From a virus (taxonomy: Duplodnaviria > Caudoviricetes): 39,367 bases of DNA. Position 1 is the stretch's first letter. Each line of letters begins with the position of its first letter. Positions 34,606 to 39,367 of this stretch are shown piece by piece. The stretch lies in the IMG/VR virus record IMGVR_UViG_3300016649_000238, positions 1 to 39,367 of that record; one strand, given 5' to 3'. Below the pieces are notes generated by a model that did not search any database, was not told the origin of the DNA, and was given only the letters and a program-made list of their open reading frames with translations. The position numbers and the translations under genes were made by a program.

Positions 34606-34635
34606 ATTATAGTGCGTAATGAGGCTTTTATGCAA
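34606..34635 (-). promoter_or_regulatory. Sigma70 promoter for antisense sRNA
   Basis: Perfect TATAAT (34606-34611); TTGCAT (34630-34635); GC-rich discriminator CACGGC. Confidence 0.6.
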
Positions 34636-34929
34636 ACCAAACTACCGGCGACGGTAACAGCCACAATGTTTATCTTTGCCAAAAAAGATTTGTGGGATGA
34701 TGAATATAAAATCCATGTAATGAGCGGAGATATATCCGGCTTATTGGATGGTTATATTCTTCTTGGTAGTGAAGAAATCACCGTCAATGTCCCAAAGGTT
34801 GATTTGGTTAATGGGGCTTTGTCTTTTTTGAATAAACAGAAAGAGGGTTTAATCACCACAACCGAAATTGCCGTGCGTGAAATAGATACCGAAATCCATT
34901 CTTTAATCAATTCTAATGCGAAGAAGTAA
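34630..34929 (+). CDS. Hypothetical protein
   Basis: 99 aa from ATG 34630 behind GAGG; C-terminal coiled coil. Confidence 0.65.
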   Translation: MQTKLPATVTATMFIFAKKDLWDDEYKIHVMSGDISGLLDGYILLGSEEITVNVPKVDLVNGALSFLNKQKEGLITTTEIAVREIDTEIHSLINSNAKK

Positions 34930-34948
34930 AACAGCGAGGAAATGACCA

Positions 34949-37327
34949 ATGCCATTCTTTATTTGTGCTTTTTATCCAAAAAAATCAGCCGCCGCAAATG
35001 GCGCGATCCCAATTGCAACTTGCATTGATGTGAAAAGTGCAAAGCTTGCAGAAATGAAAACCGTCATGCTGCTTGAAGAATCAGTCCCTGGTGGAAGTGA
35101 TAATTTTTTCAAACCAAAAGTTTGCGAATTGACCGCTGAAATTAACGGTCGCCCTTCTGTCGGTGAATTTGATAGCACATGGCTCGAATGTAATGTCTGG
35201 AATGACGAAACCAAAACCTTCGATAGCATCCCTATTACTGCTACGGACGACCTGTCTGATCCGCTGGCCAGCGCAAAGCTGATTTTTGACCTGCCAATCC
35301 GTGAGCGTATTGCCTACATCATGATGTACGGCGCAGTTCCCGCAGAACTGGATGCTGAACAGCTCTCTAACGCTGTCGATATTCTGGCGGACGACGAAAC
35401 GCCAGAAGAAACCCGCGCCATCATTGATGGTCTGTCTGTGGTTCCGGCTATCAAAGCTATGTATCCGGAAAAAGTGGTGACCCTGATTGACGCCATGCAC
35501 GCACAGTTACCTCCTTTCGATAACGCTGAAGACGTGACAACGTTCGCTGAAAAGTGGGTTGCTAAGCCTGAAGAACGCAACCCAGTTAAAACCAGCGCTG
35601 ATCTGCCGCGTACCTATGACACGTTGGATCTTGAAGTTGCTCTGCATGTATTGGGCGTCAATCCTGATGAAGCGCAAGCGTCCGACATCCGCAAGGCAAA
35701 ATATTTGAAAGATGACCGTGACCCGGCGTGGCGTGGATGGGCTACATCGCTGCGCGTTGTTCCGGGGATCCTCGACATTCCTCGCGGTGAACTCTGGGCA
35801 CTCATGGCTGATGGCCATAAAAACCTGAAGCTTATTGAAGATGCGGACGCGCGTCGCGATTACGTGAGCAGCAAGCTCCACGGTCACCCGTTGTTACCCG
35901 ACTACCAGCCGGTCACCACAAAGGTTCAAAACCTTGGTGGTGGCAAGTTCTCCATTGAAGATCTGGCCGGGACTGGCGCCACAAATGAAGTCGAAAAAAC
36001 GGAAGTGGTCGAAGAACAGCTTACCGAACTGCAGGCCCATATTCGGGATCTGGTGACAGGGAAAACCAATGTCGCTTCACCAGATGAAATGGCGAAACTG
36101 CTGACCGAAAAAGGGCTGGGTGCGCGCTTGCTGGTGAATAAGCTCGCTAAGGATTACGAATTTTCCGGTAATGCCTTCGGATTCCTTAAAGTGGCTGAGA
36201 TTCATCACCTGACACTTGATGTCGTTGAGTCGTGGATCCCTGACCAGACCGATCGCATCGCCTTTATTACTGAGCGTGTAAAATTTTACATTGATGACCG
36301 TACCAATAAAGGCGCGGTTGAAAAACCCATGACTGGTACAAAACCGGCTGAAATCGCAACAATCGCCCCGAAAACTGAAACAGTTCAGGAAAAAACTGCA
36401 TCAGAAACGGAAAACCCTGCATTGCCTGAAAATACTGTGGCTGCTGCTCAGGATGATTTCAGGCAACGCGCAGCTGCGTTGGAAAGCGGTCTGTTGGAGA
36501 AATCAGAAGCAGTGCTTGAAAATCTCCATATCTGGAAACAGGTTCAGAGCACTGACCCGCGCTATACCAAACCACTGGCGGGATCAGGGTTCGCTGGCAC
36601 CAGCATTAACTCTGAATACATGATCATGCGGGCCACTGAAATCTTTGGCCCTGTTGGCACCGGCTGGGGGTATGAAATTGTTGAAGATCGCATGATTAGC
36701 GGCGCCCCTCTGTCCGAAGCCATTTTTGAGGACAAGAAATTCATTCGGAATGCCCTGCTACGTGATGCCGACGGCACCCTCATATTCGAACTTAATCACG
36801 TGCTCAGGATTAACTTCTGGTACGTCATTGAGGGCGATGTGCGCGGAGAGGTAACGGCATTTGGCTCTACTCCTTACATGTACAAATCCCAAAACAAAGG
36901 GATCATCGCTGACGGCGAGGCTCACAAAAAAAGCCTCACCGATGCCATCAAAAAAGCACTGTCTGTTCTCGGGTTCTCTGCAGATGTGTGGCTGGGCTGG
37001 CACGATATGCCTGAATATCTGGCTGACAACGCCATCGAGTACAGCATCAAAAACGCCAGCGATAAGGCAGAAGACACGGTGCGCCTGCGCAAAGAACTCG
37101 ATGAGAAATTTGCTGCTAATACCGAAACGATGAAAAGCGCTGTTACTGCCAACGAAGTGACCAAAATCGCCTCATCCCTTAACCGCACTATCGGTGTTCA
37201 CCTGAAGAACGCCAAAGCCGTCAACGATACGGAACATGCACGTTATCTCGAAACGCGCCTGCGCCGCCTGGAAGAAATCAAAACCGAATGTCTGAAAAAA
37301 TTCACTGAGCAAGGGGAAAAAGCATGA
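34949..37327 (+). CDS. Large recombination protein: RecE-type N-terminal region plus Rad52/Sak-like annealing domain
   Basis: PSVGEFDSTW and YDTLDLEVAL N-terminal motifs; C-terminal ATEIFGP.G.GWG and KKSLTDAIKKAL..LGF.ADV..G. Confidence 0.65.
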   Translation: MPFFICAFYPKKSAAANGAIPIATCIDVKSAKLAEMKTVMLLEESVPGGSDNFFKPKVCELTAEINGRPSVGEFDSTWLECNVWNDETKTFDSIPITATDDLSDPLASAKLIFDLPIRERIAYIMMYGAVPAELDAEQLSNAVDILADDETPEETRAIIDGLSVVPAIKAMYPEKVVTLIDAMHAQLPPFDNAEDVTTFAEKWVAKPEERNPVKTSADLPRTYDTLDLEVALHVLGVNPDEAQASDIRKAKYLKDDRDPAWRGWATSLRVVPGILDIPRGELWALMADGHKNLKLIEDADARRDYVSSKLHGHPLLPDYQPVTTKVQNLGGGKFSIEDLAGTGATNEVEKTEVVEEQLTELQAHIRDLVTGKTNVASPDEMAKLLTEKGLGARLLVNKLAKDYEFSGNAFGFLKVAEIHHLTLDVVESWIPDQTDRIAFITERVKFYIDDRTNKGAVEKPMTGTKPAEIATIAPKTETVQEKTASETENPALPENTVAAAQDDFRQRAAALESGLLEKSEAVLENLHIWKQVQSTDPRYTKPLAGSGFAGTSINSEYMIMRATEIFGPVGTGWGYEIVEDRMISGAPLSEAIFEDKKFIRNALLRDADGTLIFELNHVLRINFWYVIEGDVRGEVTAFGSTPYMYKSQNKGIIADGEAHKKSLTDAIKKALSVLGFSADVWLGWHDMPEYLADNAIEYSIKNASDKAEDTVRLRKELDEKFAANTETMKSAVTANEVTKIASSLNRTIGVHLKNAKAVNDTEHARYLETRLRRLEEIKTECLKKFTEQGEKA

Positions 37328-37830
37328 GCGTACGTACCATTGATTTAGCTATCGAAATGAAAAAACTGCAGGCGCTGGCGGAAGACGGCGAACTGACACC
37401 AGAAATGATCGCCGACACACTCGAAGGGCTGGAAGGCATGCTGGGTGACAAGCTGGACGCAACGATGTCTGTTGTACGTGATTTCAACGCCAATGCTGAT
37501 AAGTGTGATGCAGAAGCGAAACGCCTCGCAGAGCGTAAAAAGATGTGGGGCAATCAGGGGGAAATGCTCAAGAAATACATTCTTGACTGCATGGTAGCTG
37601 CTGGCGGTAAGAGCGTAAAAACAGCCACCAATACGTTTAGCGTCCGCAAAGGCTTACAACGTCTCATTATTGACGATGAAGACCAGTTACCTGACGCATA
37701 CGTCATTTCATCCACAAAAATCGTGAACGAAGTGAAAAGCGACGAACTGAAAAAGGCCCTGATCGCAGGTACTGAAGATATCAAGGGCGCACATCTTGAA
37801 ACAGGACCGCAGTCTCTGGGCGTCCGCTAA
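37324..37830 (+). CDS. Siphovirus Gp157 family (Mu Gam-like) protein
   Basis: IADTLEG, EAKRLAERKK, LKKYI, GAHLE motifs. Confidence 0.85.
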   Translation: MSVRTIDLAIEMKKLQALAEDGELTPEMIADTLEGLEGMLGDKLDATMSVVRDFNANADKCDAEAKRLAERKKMWGNQGEMLKKYILDCMVAAGGKSVKTATNTFSVRKGLQRLIIDDEDQLPDAYVISSTKIVNEVKSDELKKALIAGTEDIKGAHLETGPQSLGVR

Positions 37831-37857
37831 AAATTGATTCCTGAAAATCAAAACCGT

Positions 37858-37887
37858 ACCGGTCAGCGTGACAATATGCTGACCGGT
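37858..37887 (+). other. Strong hairpin upstream of xis
   Basis: ACCGGTCAGCGT-gacaat-ATGCTGACCGGT. Confidence 0.6.
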
Positions 37888-37908
37888 CAACCTAATGAGG
37901 TATGACCA

Positions 37909-38151
37909 ATGGCTAGAACAGTGCTGATTATGGACTGGGCGCGGGAAGAGTTATCAGAGCCTATCCCATGCCAGGCCACAATCCTTAAAGACGCTAAATG
38001 CGGTCTAATTTCTCCCCCACCTTTCAAATCAGGCAGACACTGGCGCATTGACCCATCAGCGCGCTACGTTGGGAAAAGGGAGCAGCCGGTCATTAAAAGC
38101 GACGATAACCCCCGCTTGAAGAGGATTTTAGGAGATGGCGCGCCCACGTAA
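37909..38151 (+). CDS. xis: Excisionase
   Basis: 80 aa; ISPPPFKSGRHWRID..ARY; overlaps int start. Confidence 0.85.
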   Translation: MARTVLIMDWAREELSEPIPCQATILKDAKCGLISPPPFKSGRHWRIDPSARYVGKREQPVIKSDDNPRLKRILGDGAPT

Positions 38152-39259
38152 ATACAACGTTAATATCCCCGGACTCTCCTGCTATATCGACGCCAGAACC
38201 AAAAAAGTGTACTGGCGCTACAAACACCCTGAAACAGGAAAATTTCACGGACTCGGGGACAATGCCGAAGAAGCCCGGACCATCGCCATCGATGCCAATA
38301 CGAGGTTAGCAGAGCAGCAGATGGTTAACCTGATCAGCATCCGCAATGAAATCAGTCGTGAGGTTAAACGGGGGATCACGGCAAACGCATGGATAGAAAA
38401 ATATCGCGATATACAGCGGGACAGGGTAAAGGCGGGAGAAATAAAACCTGACACGGCAAAAAACAGGGAGCCGGCACTGCGAGCTTTTATTAGTCTGTGC
38501 GGGATTATGCCACTTTCGGAAGTGGGGGCTAGGGAGATTGCCAGCATTCTTGACGTGTATATCGAGAAGGGTCAGGGAAGAATGGCGCAAGTTGTCCGCG
38601 CAACACTCAGTGATATTTTTAAAGAGGCGCAGCACGCCGGAGAGGTGCCGGTCGGGTATAACCCTGCACTGGCAACGAAAAAACCAAGGATGAAAGTCGC
38701 GAGGACCCGCCTAGCGTTCAGTGAGTGGCAAACTATTTACGCCGCCACAACCAATCTACCTGAAGCCGCTGGCCGCTCTATGCTTCTTGCCCTGGTTACG
38801 GGGCAACGAGTTGGGGATTTATCATCGCTCAGGTTTTCGGATATCTGGGATGATAGGTTGCACATTGTTCAGGAAAAGACAGGGGCAAAAATAGCCATCC
38901 CATTGTCGCTACGCTGTAACACATTGAATGTTTCACTGCGGGACGTGATAGCCGAATGCCGCGATGACGTTCTGAGTAAATGGATCCTACACCACCACCG
39001 CTCGCTCAAGAATTGTGAGAGAGGCGGACAGGTGATGAAAGATACACTTTCTCGTTATTTTGCAACGGCGCGGGATTTGTCAGGCTTGAAGTGGAATGGA
39101 GCATCGCCGCCGACGTTTCACGAACAGCGATCTTTATCTGAAAGGTTGTATAGCGAACAGGGGATTAATACGCAGGTTCTTCTTGGCCACAAAAGCAGCC
39201 AGATGACGGATAAGTATCACGACGATCGAGGGAAGGAATGGAAGGAGGTGGCGGTTTGA
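38135..39259 (+). CDS. int: Tyrosine integrase with arm-binding N-domain
   Basis: GQRVGD (R), QEKTG (K), FHEQRSL (HxxR), LGHK, TDKY. Confidence 0.96.
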   Translation: MARPRKYNVNIPGLSCYIDARTKKVYWRYKHPETGKFHGLGDNAEEARTIAIDANTRLAEQQMVNLISIRNEISREVKRGITANAWIEKYRDIQRDRVKAGEIKPDTAKNREPALRAFISLCGIMPLSEVGAREIASILDVYIEKGQGRMAQVVRATLSDIFKEAQHAGEVPVGYNPALATKKPRMKVARTRLAFSEWQTIYAATTNLPEAAGRSMLLALVTGQRVGDLSSLRFSDIWDDRLHIVQEKTGAKIAIPLSLRCNTLNVSLRDVIAECRDDVLSKWILHHHRSLKNCERGGQVMKDTLSRYFATARDLSGLKWNGASPPTFHEQRSLSERLYSEQGINTQVLLGHKSSQMTDKYHDDRGKEWKEVAV

Positions 39260-39268
39260 TTACCGTAC

Positions 39269-39305
39269 AGTTTTGCAGAAGAGTTTTGCAGGAGTTTTGC
39301 AGAAG
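39269..39305 (+). repeat. Three direct repeats AGTTTTGCAG, probable Int arm-type sites of the att junction
   Basis: Copies at 39269, 39282, 39293 immediately after int. Confidence 0.75.
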
Positions 39306-39367
39306 AAAAACTTTCTGAATAGTTTCATCCAGTTAAGCCCTTACACGCCTGCCTTGTACCCAGGCAC

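Larger units (their letters stand above)
1..39305. mobile_element. Temperate prophage (lambdoid early region, DicA/DicC immunity, contractile tail); left end outside window
   Basis: Continuous phage gene order from tail spike to integrase; integrase followed by arm-type repeats. Confidence 0.97.

Noticed and set aside
34534-34629. N-terminal extension of the 34534-34929 ORF
   Set aside because: GTG start lacks an SD and crosses the sRNA structure; ATG 34630 has GAGG.
32620-34930. dicB/dicF or kil homologues expected next to dicA
   Set aside because: No ORF or RNA matching DicB or DicF as I recall them; distant homology cannot be excluded.
29242-37914. Repeated GAGG(T/A)ATGACCAATG motif as a CRISPR or mini-array
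   Set aside because: Copies are dispersed, on both strands, irregularly spaced and tied to gene starts; no cas genes.
1-39367. Reverse transcriptase/DGR, IS elements, RM or other recognisable defence operons
   Set aside because: No RT, transposase, methyltransferase or TR/VR-like repeat pair seen; the region beyond the tail spike is outside the window.

Overview
The window is a nearly complete temperate enterobacterial prophage with a lambdoid gene order and a contractile tail. Reading from the right end: integrase, excisionase and att arm repeats; a + strand early operon (SSAP-like fusion protein, Gp157, small genes, many RNA structures); a Qin-type DicA/DicC/YdaT immunity region; O/P-like replication genes with iterons; a nin-like region with two LexA-boxed promoters, one upstream of a Rem-like antirepressor; Q; pinholin, SAR endolysin and spanins; terminase, head, neck, tail and baseplate genes. 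The window ends inside a tail spike/fibre gene. Two non-coding signals stand out. (1) A motif (CA)GCGAGG(T/A)ATGACCAATG recurs eight times in the early region, five times as the SD+start of an early gene including xis, and a predicted ~112-nt minus-strand sRNA with its own promoter and terminator displays the complement of that motif in a loop. This suggests a multi-target antisense translational control system. (2) Two XerC/XerD core sites, each with a cer/psi-like accessory region, flank terL-portal-minor head. All family assignments come from motif recognition and memory, not database searches, and all RNA structures were folded by eye.
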